Below, piece by piece: positions 8,782 to 19,333 of a stretch of 64,000 nucleotides of DNA. Within the stretch, counting starts at the first letter, position 1. Each line of letters starts with the position of its first letter. Source of the DNA: an uncultured Peptostreptococcaceae bacterium (GTDB taxonomy: Bacteria; Bacillota; Clostridia; Peptostreptococcales; BM714). The stretch covers positions 2,649 through 66,648 of the forward strand of contig CAZAFW010000001.1 of assembly GCA_964484935.1 (NCBI GenBank), written 5' to 3'. The position numbers and the translations under genes were made by a program. The notes under the pieces are model-generated. The model saw only the letters and a program-made list of their open reading frames with translations, searched no databases and had not been told where the DNA came from.

Positions 8782-9600
8782 ATGAAAAAACGAATGGATA
8801 TTCTTTTGGTCGAGGAAGGCTATTTTGACTCCAGGGAAAAAGCAAAACGCGCAATTATGGCTGGAATGGTATATGTCAACGGCCAAAAGGCATATAAGGC
8901 CGGCACAAAAGTCGACTTTGACAACTCAAAGGTTGAGGTTAGGGGCAAAAGGCTAAAATATGTCGGCAGGGGCGGACTCAAGCTTGAGAAGGCAATGAAT
9001 TGCTTCGATTTGGATTTTAATGGCAAGACTGCAATGGACATAGGATCTTCCACCGGAGGATTCACAGACTGCATGCTTCAAAACGGTGCGTCAAAAGTAT
9101 ACGCTGTAGATGTTGGATACGGGCAACTTGATTATAAGCTAAGACAGGATGACCGGGTAATTGTGATGGAGAGGACCAACATAAGATATTTGAAACCTGA
9201 AGCAATTGAATACCCTATGGACTTTATTTCCATAGACGTTTCTTTCATATCTCTAAGGCTAGTTCTTCCTGTTGCCTACAAACTCCTCGCTGAAAACGGA
9301 AAAATCGTATTTCTTCTAAAGCCCCAATTTGAGGCCGGCCGCGAAAAAGTTGGAAAGAATGGTATTATCAGAGATGCTTCAGTACACAAGGAAGTGATAA
9401 TTGCCATACTTGAGCATTTGGAATCATACCCTTTGTTTTTGCAGGGAATAACATACTCGCCAATAAAAGGGGCAAAGGGGAATATTGAATTTCTTATATA
9501 CTGCACAAAGTCAAAGCCAGTCGTGGCGCAACATTTCGATTATGCGGAGACGACCGACAAATTGCTTAAAAACATCAATTTTAGGGAGGCCGATGAATGA
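8782..9600 (+). CDS. tlyA: TlyA-family rRNA (cytidine-2'-O)-methyltransferase
   Basis: S4 domain followed by an FtsJ-like fold ([18 protein letters not shown]). Confidence 0.9.
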   Translation: MKKRMDILLVEEGYFDSREKAKRAIMAGMVYVNGQKAYKAGTKVDFDNSKVEVRGKRLKYVGRGGLKLEKAMNCFDLDFNGKTAMDIGSSTGGFTDCMLQNGASKVYAVDVGYGQLDYKLRQDDRVIVMERTNIRYLKPEAIEYPMDFISIDVSFISLRLVLPVAYKLLAENGKIVFLLKPQFEAGREKVGKNGIIRDASVHKEVIIAILEHLESYPLFLQGITYSPIKGAKGNIEFLIYCTKSKPVVAQHFDYAETTDKLLKNINFREADE

Positions 9601-10046
9601 AATACTCAAGACACATAAAAATTCTTGAAATAATAAAAGAATATGAGGTTGAAACCCAAGAGGAACTCGCCGACTTGCTTAAAAAAAGCGGTTTCAAAGT
9701 GACACAGGCAACCGTTTCAAGAGACATAAAAGAATTGAGGCTGATCAAGGTTCTAACACGAAACAAACGCTATAAGTACGCATCTATGCAACAGCAGGAA
9801 CACATGCTTTCCGACCGCCTGATAAATCTTTTCAAGGAATCAGTTGTTTCAATCGACCATTCAGGAAACATGATTGTTCTAAAAACCCTTACCGGGGCTG
9901 CAAATGCAGCCGCTTCGGCCATTGACGCGATCAATTCGACAGATATTGTCGGATCAATCGCAGGCGATGATACAATCTTCCTTCTTATAAGGGAAAATTC
10001 CGATTTGGATGAAGTAATAGAATCTTTCAGAAAAATGATGTCTTAA
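9597..10046 (+). CDS. argR: Arginine repressor
   Basis: [27 protein letters not shown] winged helix plus [10 protein letters not shown]-like C-terminus. ATGA overlap with tlyA. Confidence 0.9.
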   Translation: MKYSRHIKILEIIKEYEVETQEELADLLKKSGFKVTQATVSRDIKELRLIKVLTRNKRYKYASMQQQEHMLSDRLINLFKESVVSIDHSGNMIVLKTLTGAANAAASAIDAINSTDIVGSIAGDDTIFLLIRENSDLDEVIESFRKMMS

Positions 10047-10062
10047 AATAGTGGGTGATTCC

Positions 10063-11796
10063 ATGCTTGTTGAATTGCATATAAAAGATTTTGTGCTGAT
10101 TGACGAATTGCGCATAGATTTCAAAGAAGGGCTTAATGTTCTTACTGGAGAAACGGGAGCCGGGAAATCAATAATTGTTAAAGCCATAGACATAGCTTTA
10201 GGCGGCAAAGCCGGAAAGGATTTGTTGCGCCCGAAATCCGAAAAATCCGAGATTGAACTCGCTTTCCATTTAAACAATGCGCATGAAATAGAAACAATTG
10301 AAAACATTTACGGTTTGAATTTAAAAGAAGAACCTGTGATAGTTTTTAAGCGTGAAATTCTTGAGAGCGGGAGAACGGTAAGCCGGTTAAATGGAAACAT
10401 AACAAGTATCGATACAATAAAGGAAATTTCAAACGGATTGATAGACATACATGGCCAGCATGAACATCAATCCCTGCTTAAGAAGGAAAACTATCTGGGA
10501 TTGTTGGATCGTTACATCTCATCGGAGCACTATGAAAAAACACATCTTCTTTCATCGGTCTGCGCTGAAATGCGTTCGTGTGAGCTTTCAATCAAAAAAC
10601 TTCTTGAAGCATCACAAAAGAATGAGCGGGAATTGGATTTCTGCCGCTATCAATTGAAAGAAATAGAAGATGCCGATTTGGTAATCGGGGAAGACGACCT
10701 TCTTGCCAAGGAATATGATTACATAAAAAACGGAGAGGCAATCAACCGAAACTGCATTGAGGCACTGAGCCTGGTCTCTTCAAATTTTGAGGATGAATTC
10801 AATGCAATGGATGCAATTGACAAAGCCATTTCATCGATTGCGCAGATACAATCATTTTCAGACGATTTAAGCAGCATTAATTCAAAGCTGAATGAAATTC
10901 GTTGCATGATTGAAGATGCGTCAACGAATCTGCGGCATTTTTCAGATAATTTCAGTTACGACCGCGGCAGGCTTAATTATGTGGAATCCAGACTCGACCT
11001 TATAAATGAAATGAAAATGAAATATGGAAATTCAATTAAGGAAGTATTGCTTTACCGTGACAGCTTGGCAAAAAAACTTGATGAGCATTTGCATTCGGAC
11101 GAACAACTTGAAAACTTGAAAAGCACCCATAAGCTCAAGCTGGATCAATACAGGCGCCTGGCTGGAGAAATAAGCTTAAAGAGACAAGATGCATCCAAAT
11201 CATTGAGCAAAAGCATTTTGTCAGAACTCAATGAGTTGAATCTTGAAAACGCCACATTTGATATTTCACTTAACACAGACAATACAAGAATATCCAAGTC
11301 CGGTTACGAGGATGTGGACTTTCTGATTTCAATGAATCCAGGGCAAAGAGCCAAGAGTCTTTCAAAAATTGCTTCCGGCGGCGAGATTTCACGAATAATG
11401 CTTGCCATAAAAGTCATAATGTCAAAAATCGATACCATAGATACAATAATATTCGACGAAATCGATACTGGAGTAAGCGGAATAACTGCAAAAAAGGTTG
11501 CAGAGAAATTGTTTAAAACTTCAAAAGACACTCAGGTGATATGCATAACCCACCTTCCGCAAATTGCTGTAATGGGAGATTACCATATGCTTATAGAAAA
11601 ATCCACAAAAGGAAACATTACAACGACAATGGTCAAATCCTTGAAAGCGGATGAAAAAGTTCTTGAGATTTCACGTCTTCTTGACGGAAATATGAATTCT
11701 GTAATTTCTGAAGATCACGCCAAGAATTTGATTGAATCCATAAGCAAGGCAAAAATTGCCTCATATGACGAGGATGACAGGGAGGATGGCATATGA
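10063..11796 (+). CDS. recN: DNA repair protein RecN
   Basis: Walker A (GETGAGKS), long coiled coil, and signature SGGEISRIMLA. ATG at 10063 preferred over the GTG at 10051. Confidence 0.95.
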   Translation: MLVELHIKDFVLIDELRIDFKEGLNVLTGETGAGKSIIVKAIDIALGGKAGKDLLRPKSEKSEIELAFHLNNAHEIETIENIYGLNLKEEPVIVFKREILESGRTVSRLNGNITSIDTIKEISNGLIDIHGQHEHQSLLKKENYLGLLDRYISSEHYEKTHLLSSVCAEMRSCELSIKKLLEASQKNERELDFCRYQLKEIEDADLVIGEDDLLAKEYDYIKNGEAINRNCIEALSLVSSNFEDEFNAMDAIDKAISSIAQIQSFSDDLSSINSKLNEIRCMIEDASTNLRHFSDNFSYDRGRLNYVESRLDLINEMKMKYGNSIKEVLLYRDSLAKKLDEHLHSDEQLENLKSTHKLKLDQYRRLAGEISLKRQDASKSLSKSILSELNELNLENATFDISLNTDNTRISKSGYEDVDFLISMNPGQRAKSLSKIASGGEISRIMLAIKVIMSKIDTIDTIIFDEIDTGVSGITAKKVAEKLFKTSKDTQVICITHLPQIAVMGDYHMLIEKSTKGNITTTMVKSLKADEKVLEISRLLDGNMNSVISEDHAKNLIESISKAKIASYDEDDREDGI

Positions 11797-12560
11797 AAAA
11801 GATGAAGGTTCTTTTAGCCGATGACAATGAAGATTTTACAGAAATTCTTTCCGAGTACATAAACAGCCAGGAAGATTTCAAGGTTGTAAATGTAGTGTGC
11901 GATGGACTTGAAGCGCTAAGGTATTTGAAAAGGCACGTTGTCGACATTGTAATACTCGACATTATAATGCCCAAGTTGGACGGCATCGGTGTCTTGGAAA
12001 ATGCAAAGAGTTTCAAACGTGGTACTTCACCAAAAATAATAGTGCTTTCAGCGCTGGGTCAGGACAACATAACTCAGCAGGCCATGGAAATGGGCGCTGA
12101 TTATTATTTTGTAAAACCGTTCGATTATGAAGTCCTCATAAATCGAATCAGACAGATAGTGAAGAATCCGGGAGATAATTCATATGTTTCGGGCAATCCC
12201 GCAATAGACATAGACAGCAAGGTCAGCGATGTACTAAGGGATTTCGGTTTCCCCTTGCATGTAAACGGATATGATTATGTGAGAAAAGCGATAATAATGT
12301 CTTTCCACGATTCTACATATTTGAAAGGTTTGACTAAGAGGCTCTATCCGGATGTTGCCAACAGCTTTCCAGAAGCGACACCGAGCCGCGTTGAAAGGTC
12401 AATAAGAAATGCCATAAATATGGCATGGACAGACAATTCCGTTTCAAAGAGATCATTCAAACATACATTGAAGAATTATAATCTTGACACAAAAAAACCT
12501 ACAAACGGCAAGTTTATAGCTTCAGTAACAGAACGGTTGAAGTTGATATATTCGAAATGA
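11793..12560 (+). CDS. spo0A: Sporulation/stationary-phase response regulator Spo0A
   Basis: REC domain (LADDN...DIVILDIIMPKLDG) plus the Spo0A-specific C-terminal domain (TPSRVERSIRNAINMAW). ATGA overlap with recN. Confidence 0.9.
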   Translation: MKKMKVLLADDNEDFTEILSEYINSQEDFKVVNVVCDGLEALRYLKRHVVDIVILDIIMPKLDGIGVLENAKSFKRGTSPKIIVLSALGQDNITQQAMEMGADYYFVKPFDYEVLINRIRQIVKNPGDNSYVSGNPAIDIDSKVSDVLRDFGFPLHVNGYDYVRKAIIMSFHDSTYLKGLTKRLYPDVANSFPEATPSRVERSIRNAINMAWTDNSVSKRSFKHTLKNYNLDTKKPTNGKFIASVTERLKLIYSK

Positions 12561-12569
12561 GGTGTAAAA

Positions 12570-13103
12570 GTGAACGTGGAAAAAACAATCAAGTCCGACA
12601 AGCTTTATCGGGGCAAGATCATCAATTTGAGAATAGACACTGTGGAATTGCCAAATCAAAAGTACTCAAAGCGTGAAATAATCGAGCATGGAGGCGGTGT
12701 GGCAATCATCGCAATCAAAGATAAAAAATTACTATTGGTCAAGCAATACAGAAAAGCAGTAGAAGAATCAATTTACGAACTTCCTGCCGGAAAACTCGAA
12801 TCAACCGAAACCCCTGAAGAATGCGCCAATAGGGAATTTACGGAAGAAACCGGTTATGAATCCAAAAACATGAAATTTCTTTTCAGTTTTTACAGCTCAC
12901 CGGGTTTTTCAAATGAACTGATTCATCTTTTCCTTGCTGAAGAAATTTCTTTTGTCGGAGCAAACCCCGATGAGGATGAATACATTGAAACTTTTGAAAT
13001 GCCCTTTGATAATGCTTTGCACATGATAAAAACCGGTGAAATAATAGATGCAAAAACAATCATAGGCTTGCTTTATCTTTCAAACAATCAAATAAAGGAT
13101 TGA
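12570..13103 (+). CDS. nudF: NUDIX hydrolase (ADP-ribose pyrophosphatase type)
   Basis: Nudix box GKLESTETPEECANREFTEETGY. GTG start. Confidence 0.8.
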   Translation: MNVEKTIKSDKLYRGKIINLRIDTVELPNQKYSKREIIEHGGGVAIIAIKDKKLLLVKQYRKAVEESIYELPAGKLESTETPEECANREFTEETGYESKNMKFLFSFYSSPGFSNELIHLFLAEEISFVGANPDEDEYIETFEMPFDNALHMIKTGEIIDAKTIIGLLYLSNNQIKD

Positions 13104-13130
13104 CTGTCTTTTCACCTTTCAAAAGATTCC

Positions 13131-13167
13131 AATAATCCTTTCTTCTGTAGAAAGGATTATTTTTTTG
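13131..13167 (+). terminator. Rho-independent terminator after nudF
   Basis: 12-bp stem AATAATCCTTTC / GAAAGGATTATT, 7-nt loop, then TTTTTT. Confidence 0.8.
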
Positions 13168-13242
13168 AAGGACTTTCAATAAAGTTGTTGAATAAGTAAC
13201 TAATCACCATGCAATACAAATAGATCAATACGAGGGACAAAA

Positions 13243-14130
13243 ATGGAAAAAGTCATCAACGGTTTCGAAAACTATTTAAATTCAAAAGAACTATCCGAGA
13301 ACTCAATTCGTTCATACATTTCTGATGTTTTCAAATTTCTTTCGTTTTGCAAATCGGATATTCAAAAAAATTTCATGGATGTCACCAGAAAAGACGTTGT
13401 CGGCTATGTTGAAAATTTAAGCGAGAACAAAAAATCCGCGTCAACAGTTTCAAGATATCTTTCATCCTTGAAATCATTCTATGCTTTTCTGATGTACGAG
13501 GGGCTCCTGACCAACAATCCTGTTTACAAAGTGAACATACCAAAAACGGACAGGAATGTACCTTCAATATTGACCATTGAAGAAATTGACAAATTGCTGG
13601 AGCAGCCGTCGTTGAATAAAAGCCGCATGTCTGTCCGCGACAAAGCCATGCTTGAATTGCTCTATGCAACTGGTATGCGGGTATCCGAAATAATAGCCCT
13701 CGACATAAGCAATGTCAATCTAAACCTCGGCTACATACATTGCAGCGGCAAGAATGCCAGAAAAAGCAGAATTATACCAATAGGTACATTGGCTAAAATC
13801 TCTTTGCTCAATTACATATACGAACTTAGAAACCCAATGGTTTCAAAAGGCAAAGAGGCACTTTTCATAAACTACACCGGCAACAGGCTTACAAGACAAG
13901 GCTTTTGGAAGATAGTCAAGAAATACAAAAGATTGGCCAATATACAAAAAGCCATTACTCCTCAAACGCTGAGGCACTCATTTGCAGCCCATCTTCTTAA
14001 AAACGGGGCTGATTTGCGGTCGGTACAAAAGATGCTGGGACATTCGGACATATCCACTACACAAATCTATCTTCAACTCAAAGACGACAAAATCAAGGAT
14101 GTTTATGATAAAACTCATCCGAGAGCTTAA
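13243..14130 (+). CDS. xerD: Site-specific tyrosine recombinase XerD
   Basis: 295 aa. ATGMRVSEI, HSFAAHLL (HxxR region: LRHSF), and LGHSDISTTQIY catalytic Tyr motif. Confidence 0.85.
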   Translation: MEKVINGFENYLNSKELSENSIRSYISDVFKFLSFCKSDIQKNFMDVTRKDVVGYVENLSENKKSASTVSRYLSSLKSFYAFLMYEGLLTNNPVYKVNIPKTDRNVPSILTIEEIDKLLEQPSLNKSRMSVRDKAMLELLYATGMRVSEIIALDISNVNLNLGYIHCSGKNARKSRIIPIGTLAKISLLNYIYELRNPMVSKGKEALFINYTGNRLTRQGFWKIVKKYKRLANIQKAITPQTLRHSFAAHLLKNGADLRSVQKMLGHSDISTTQIYLQLKDDKIKDVYDKTHPRA

Positions 14131-14150
14131 AAAGAGAAGGAGGAGTTTAG

Positions 14151-15479
14151 ATGAATTTCCAAAATATAATTATGAAAAAAAGAAACGGAATTGAACTTGA
14201 AGATAATGAAATCCGTTTCTTTGTCAATGGATACACTAATGGTGAAATACCGGATTATCAGGTTTCCGCTTTATTGATGGCCGTTTATTTTAACGGACTG
14301 AATGAAAGGGAAACTCTTTCTTTAACCAAAGAAATGCTTTATTCCGGTGAAACTGTCGATTTGTCCGCAATAGAAGGAATAAAAGTTGACAAACACAGCA
14401 CAGGCGGAGTGGGAGATACCACTTCAATGATAGTTGCCCCCCTTGTGGCATCTTGCGGAGTGCCTGTTGCCAAAATGTCCGGAAGAGGTCTTGGCCACAC
14501 TGGCGGAACAATAGACAAACTTGAATCCATCCCAGGATTCAAGGTCGAGCTTTCAATTGCTGATTTCATCGAGCAAGTCAAACAACATAAACTGGCTCTT
14601 ATAGGTCAAACGGGGAATCTGGCCCCAGCAGACAAAAAATTATATGCACTCAGGGACGTTACAGCCACTGTTGAAAATATTTCCCTGATAGCGAGCAGCA
14701 TAATGAGCAAGAAATTGGCGGCAGGAAGCGATGCCATAGTACTTGACGTTAAAATAGGCCATGGCGCATTCATGCAAACCTTGGATGAAGCTGTTGAATT
14801 GGCAAAAACAATGGTTGAGATCGGCGGTGGAATGAACCGCAAGGTCGTCGCCCTTGTCACAAATATGGACCAGCCTCTCGGTTTTGCGATAGGCAATGCG
14901 CTCGAAGTCAAAGAAGCCCTTCAGGTGCTTGGAGGAAAAGGCCCTTCCGACTTGAAGGAGCTCTGTTTGAGACTCTCTTCTGAAATGATATCGTTTGGAC
15001 TTAAAATCGATTCTGTTTCAGCTAGAAAGAAGGCTGAGGAAAGTCTTGATTCAGGAAAAGCATTGGCTAAATTTTTTGATTTCATCGAAGCCCAGGGTGG
15101 AGATATCGATTATTTGAAGAACCCATCAAAATTGCCGTCATCTGAAAAGACAATTGATGTCGTTTCTCCCAAAACCGGTTATATTAAAGGAATAAACGCT
15201 CTCGAATTGGGCTATTGCGCGATGAGTTTGGGGGCGGGACGAGAAAAGAAGACAAGCAAACTGGATTATGCTTCAGGAATACTTTTAAATGCAAAGAACG
15301 GAGATTTTGTGGCCAAAGACCAAATTCTAGCAAAGTTGCACCTCTCGAATTCATTGGAATACGATTCCGAGATTGAATCAAGGGTTTTGGATTCTTTTTT
15401 AATCGATTCCGACAAACCCGATTCATCTACAAAACTGGTTCTCGCAAGAGTCTCTGAATATTCAACCGATTATTATTGA
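14151..15479 (+). CDS. pdp: Pyrimidine-nucleoside phosphorylase
   Basis: DKHSTGGVGD and SGRGLGHTGGTIDKLE motifs. 442 aa. Confidence 0.9.
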   Translation: MNFQNIIMKKRNGIELEDNEIRFFVNGYTNGEIPDYQVSALLMAVYFNGLNERETLSLTKEMLYSGETVDLSAIEGIKVDKHSTGGVGDTTSMIVAPLVASCGVPVAKMSGRGLGHTGGTIDKLESIPGFKVELSIADFIEQVKQHKLALIGQTGNLAPADKKLYALRDVTATVENISLIASSIMSKKLAAGSDAIVLDVKIGHGAFMQTLDEAVELAKTMVEIGGGMNRKVVALVTNMDQPLGFAIGNALEVKEALQVLGGKGPSDLKELCLRLSSEMISFGLKIDSVSARKKAEESLDSGKALAKFFDFIEAQGGDIDYLKNPSKLPSSEKTIDVVSPKTGYIKGINALELGYCAMSLGAGREKKTSKLDYASGILLNAKNGDFVAKDQILAKLHLSNSLEYDSEIESRVLDSFLIDSDKPDSSTKLVLARVSEYSTDYY

Positions 15480-15491
15480 AGGCGGCACTGT

Positions 15492-16745
15492 ATGAATCTG
15501 TCATCCCTACTGAATAAGCGAAAAAATCTATTGGGCCTCCTAAGAATATTTTCAGATTGCCATATCAACGAAGACGGTCGAATTTATCTTGTCGGCGGAG
15601 CAGTACGTGATTTAATTCTGGGAAATGATAAAATACGCGATCTGGACATTTTGATTACTTCCGGACAGCCATGCGAATATGCCGAATGCCTTAAAAAAAC
15701 AATCTTTGTCGATAGAATAATAAAAGAGCATAAATTCAACACCGTAAAACTCGTTGCCGAATACATGGGTGAAAGCTTTTCAATAGATATAAACCATACA
15801 AGAATAGAAAATTATGCCAATCCCGGAAATCTTCCTGAAATCAAATGGGTGGATTCCCTTTTTTATGATATGCAAAGACGCGATTTCTCCATAAATTCAA
15901 TTGCTATGTCAATTAACAATGACAGTTTCGGAGAAATTTTGAATTATTCAAACGGAATAAATGATTTAATAGACAAAAGCATGCGGATTCTTCATGAAAA
16001 GAGTTTTCAAGATGATCCATCGAGATTGATAAGATTAATAAGGTATAGAGAAAGACTTGGTTTCGAAATCGAAAACAAAACAAAATCGCTTTTCAATAAA
16101 GCCGTTTCAGAAGATTATTTGAAACACATAAGCAAGGACAGAATTTATAATGAAATGGTTAAATGCCTTAACGAAGATAATTCTCACCGTTTTTTCAACT
16201 CTTTTAATTCTTTCGGACTATTCAACGAATTCAATTTCGATACATCCGACCTTGAACGCTTTGAAAAATGCACAGACAACAAAAAAAATGAAGTGTGGAT
16301 CTCATCAGACCGGATCCTGTTGAAACTATTGTTGCTTAAAAGTCCTTTGTTTTTGATATGCAATATACCCGGCAACTATAAAAAATGTCTTGAAAACCAT
16401 ATCGCCAATTCAATCTATTGGAAGAATGCCATACTTTCATCAAAGTCCAACAGTGAACTTTATCAAATCGCATCGTCTATACCCGATGAATCATTGACCG
16501 CAATTGCCTTTTCAAACTTTCCGGGAAATGACTTATGGATTTTAATAAATAACTATTTGAAATCATTAAAAGATATGAAAACCAATTTGACAGGAAAAGA
16601 CTTGATTTCAATGGGAATCAATCCAGGCAAGAGAATACGCATGCTTCTTGATGAAATTTTGCTATGCAGAATGGACGGAATCATATCAGACAACCGCGAA
16701 GCTGAGATAGAATTCATAGAAAATAAACTTGGAAGGAATGTGTGA
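15492..16745 (+). CDS. Class II nucleotidyltransferase (CCA-adding enzyme / poly(A) polymerase family)
   Basis: GGAVRDLILG...DLDIL, RRDFSINS, and DDPSRLIRLIRY motifs. Confidence 0.7.
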   Translation: MNLSSLLNKRKNLLGLLRIFSDCHINEDGRIYLVGGAVRDLILGNDKIRDLDILITSGQPCEYAECLKKTIFVDRIIKEHKFNTVKLVAEYMGESFSIDINHTRIENYANPGNLPEIKWVDSLFYDMQRRDFSINSIAMSINNDSFGEILNYSNGINDLIDKSMRILHEKSFQDDPSRLIRLIRYRERLGFEIENKTKSLFNKAVSEDYLKHISKDRIYNEMVKCLNEDNSHRFFNSFNSFGLFNEFNFDTSDLERFEKCTDNKKNEVWISSDRILLKLLLLKSPLFLICNIPGNYKKCLENHIANSIYWKNAILSSKSNSELYQIASSIPDESLTAIAFSNFPGNDLWILINNYLKSLKDMKTNLTGKDLISMGINPGKRIRMLLDEILLCRMDGIISDNREAEIEFIENKLGRNV

Positions 16746-16748
16746 GAA

Positions 16749-17507
16749 ATGGATTATTTGATTGAAGTCGAACAATTTTCTGGTCCTTTCGATTTGCTTT
16801 TTCACTTAATCGAAAAGAATGAAATAAACCTTCATGATTTGCCTATATCTGAAATAACATCTCAATACATTGAGCAATTGAATCTTATGGAAATTATTGA
16901 TTTAGACGATCTCAGCGAATTCATGCTACTTGCCGCAACTCTGCTTGAAATAAAATCCAAAATGCTTCTTCCCGAAAAATACGACAAAGACCCGGAGTCG
17001 AAAGAAGACCCAAGGGATGAATTGGTTCAAAAGCTTATTGAGTACAGCAAGTTCAAGAATTTGTCATTGATGTTTGATAAAAGGGAACATGCCTATTCAA
17101 AAGTTATTTACAGAAAAAATATGCCAAGCGATGTCTTAAACTTAACTACAAAACTGCATCAAGACATCGATTTCGATTTTTCAGAAAATGCTCTTATAAA
17201 CGCTTTAGCTGAATTGTTGTCCAAATTGGATTCAATAGACCATAACAGAAAAAAATATTTCGATCAAATAAAACCGGATGCATGGACTGTAGAAGACAAG
17301 ATAGGGCATATCCGAAATCTCTTTGTCGACCACACAACAATGGCATTCGAAAAGCTGTTTCATCCGGATTCGACACGAGGAGAAATAATTGCAACTTTCC
17401 TGGCCTTGCTCGAATTAATAAGAACAGGAGAAATAAAGGTTCTCCAGAAACATATTTTCGACAGCATACAAATAACAAAATCAGAGGCAGGTGAAATTTT
17501 AATATGA
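16749..17507 (+). CDS. scpA: Segregation and condensation protein A
   Basis: FSGPFDLLFHLIEKNEINLHDLPISEIT is the ScpA N-terminus. Followed by scpB with an ATGA overlap. Confidence 0.9.
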   Translation: MDYLIEVEQFSGPFDLLFHLIEKNEINLHDLPISEITSQYIEQLNLMEIIDLDDLSEFMLLAATLLEIKSKMLLPEKYDKDPESKEDPRDELVQKLIEYSKFKNLSLMFDKREHAYSKVIYRKNMPSDVLNLTTKLHQDIDFDFSENALINALAELLSKLDSIDHNRKKYFDQIKPDAWTVEDKIGHIRNLFVDHTTMAFEKLFHPDSTRGEIIATFLALLELIRTGEIKVLQKHIFDSIQITKSEAGEILI

Positions 17508-18046
17508 ACAACCAGGAAGTCAAATCAATCTTGGAGTCAGTGCTTTTCATTTCAACCGAACCAGTCACAGTCAACCAGTTCAGCCGTCTGCTTGAAGTTG
17601 GCAAGAATCAGATTTCCGATTGCCTTGAAGAGCTTAAAAACTCATACTCGGAACAAAGAGGAATAAGACTTGTTTCCGTAAACGACGGTTACCAATTCTC
17701 AACAAACAGCTGCAATTATTTCTATATTGAACGTTTCTGCAAAAATATCAACCTCAAGAAGTTATCGCAGCAAGCTCTGGAAGTATTGTCAATAGTCGCA
17801 TACAAGCAACCCATAACAAAGGGCGGAATAGAAATGATAAGAGGAGTGCAATCCTCCGGAGTAGTAAATACCCTCCTTGAAAAAGGATTCATAAAGATAA
17901 CAGGTCAATTGGATAAAATTGGGAGGCCTTTGCTCTACGGAACTACCGACAACTTTTTAAAAGCCTTCGGATTTGCTTCACTTGAGGATTTGCCTGATAT
18001 TAACTCTTTCCAAAACGCCGATTTGTTCATGAACCTGAAGGAATAG
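17504..18046 (+). CDS. scpB: Segregation and condensation protein B
   Basis: ILESVLFISTEPV...ALEVLSIVAYKQPITKGGIEMIRGV is typical ScpB. Confidence 0.9.
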   Translation: MNNQEVKSILESVLFISTEPVTVNQFSRLLEVGKNQISDCLEELKNSYSEQRGIRLVSVNDGYQFSTNSCNYFYIERFCKNINLKKLSQQALEVLSIVAYKQPITKGGIEMIRGVQSSGVVNTLLEKGFIKITGQLDKIGRPLLYGTTDNFLKAFGFASLEDLPDINSFQNADLFMNLKE

Positions 18047-18048
18047 CC

Positions 18049-18744
18049 ATGCGACTGCAAAAATATATTTCAAGAGCCGGATATGCATCCAGAAGAAAAG
18101 CTGAATCATTCATAAGAGAAGGAAGTGTAAAAGTAAATGGATTGACTGTTACAGAAATGGGCGTGAAAATCAATCCTGATAAAGACACTGTGTCCGTAAG
18201 TGGCACTATGCTCCATTTAAAGCAACAAATGGTGTACATACTGCTCAACAAGCCGGAGGGGGTCGTCACAACCTTGTCCGACAATTTCAACCGCGCCATT
18301 GTAACTGATTTCATAGACACGAATGTACGCATATTTCCAGTAGGAAGATTGGATTACGACTCCAAAGGACTTGTCCTCATGACCAATGACGGTGAATTGA
18401 CCAATGCGCTTACACATCCCAAGCATCATGTTCCAAAAAAATATCTGGTTTGCATAAACAAGTCTCTGTCATCTAAAGAAATTGTTCTTTTTAAAAACGG
18501 AATTGATATTGGAGGATATATAACCGCAAAATGCAATATCATTCAAAAAAGCCCTCTTTGCTATGAAATAACACTTTATGAAGGAAAAAACAGGCAAATC
18601 AGAAGAATGTTCTCGTATTTTGACCGTGATGTAGTTTCCCTTCAGAGAATTGCAATCGGCAAAATAGGGATAGGGGCTCTCAAGGAAGGGAATTGGCGAC
18701 ATTTAAAAAAGGACGAAGTCGAATATCTCAAAAATATCGATTGA
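18049..18744 (+). CDS. rluB: Pseudouridine synthase, RsuA/RluB family
   Basis: S4 domain (MRLQKYISRAGYASRRKAE) plus catalytic GRLDYDSKGL. Confidence 0.85.
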   Translation: MRLQKYISRAGYASRRKAESFIREGSVKVNGLTVTEMGVKINPDKDTVSVSGTMLHLKQQMVYILLNKPEGVVTTLSDNFNRAIVTDFIDTNVRIFPVGRLDYDSKGLVLMTNDGELTNALTHPKHHVPKKYLVCINKSLSSKEIVLFKNGIDIGGYITAKCNIIQKSPLCYEITLYEGKNRQIRRMFSYFDRDVVSLQRIAIGKIGIGALKEGNWRHLKKDEVEYLKNID

Positions 18745-18756
18745 AAGAAGGGTGCT

Positions 18757-19329
18757 TTGAAATTGAATACAGACCACAACAATGTTGTGAAAATTAAAAA
18801 CATTATTATAGAAAGCATGCTTGGCCCTGGCGGATTTGCGGTGGATGCTACAGCCGGAAACGGAAACGATTCGCTTTTGCTTTCCGATACGGTTGGTAAA
18901 AATGGGAAAGTTTTGAGTTTTGACATTCAGGAATCGGCAATTTCAAATTCCCATTCATTGTTGAAGTCCAAGGCAAAATACAATAATTATAGATTCGTTT
19001 GCGATTGCCATACCAGATTAAGTGAATATATAGACGAACCTGTAGACATTTTTGTCTACAATCTCGGGTATCTTCCCGGGGGCGACAAATCAAAAACCAC
19101 AACCGCTGAAAATACGATTATTTCAATCAAAACTGCCATGTCCCTGCTAAAAATAAAAGGCGGCCTGTTGATTGTTTCTTATCCTGGACACGAAAGCGGA
19201 TACCGTGAAGAAAAAGCAATACGTTTATTTTCTGAAGAATTGGACCAACGGAAATGGTCTGTACTGAGATCCGAATTCATAAATCAAGTCAATTCTCCTC
19301 CAGTATTGTATTTCATTCAAAAGAGGTGA
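18757..19329 (+). CDS. Class I SAM-dependent methyltransferase, YtqB-like
   Basis: DATAGNGNDSLLL, FNLGYLPGGDKS, and NSPPVLYFIQK resemble B. subtilis YtqB. TTG start at 18757 or 18763. Confidence 0.7.
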   Translation: MKLNTDHNNVVKIKNIIIESMLGPGGFAVDATAGNGNDSLLLSDTVGKNGKVLSFDIQESAISNSHSLLKSKAKYNNYRFVCDCHTRLSEYIDEPVDIFVYNLGYLPGGDKSKTTTAENTIISIKTAMSLLKIKGGLLIVSYPGHESGYREEKAIRLFSEELDQRKWSVLRSEFINQVNSPPVLYFIQKR

Positions 19330-19333
19330 GCAA

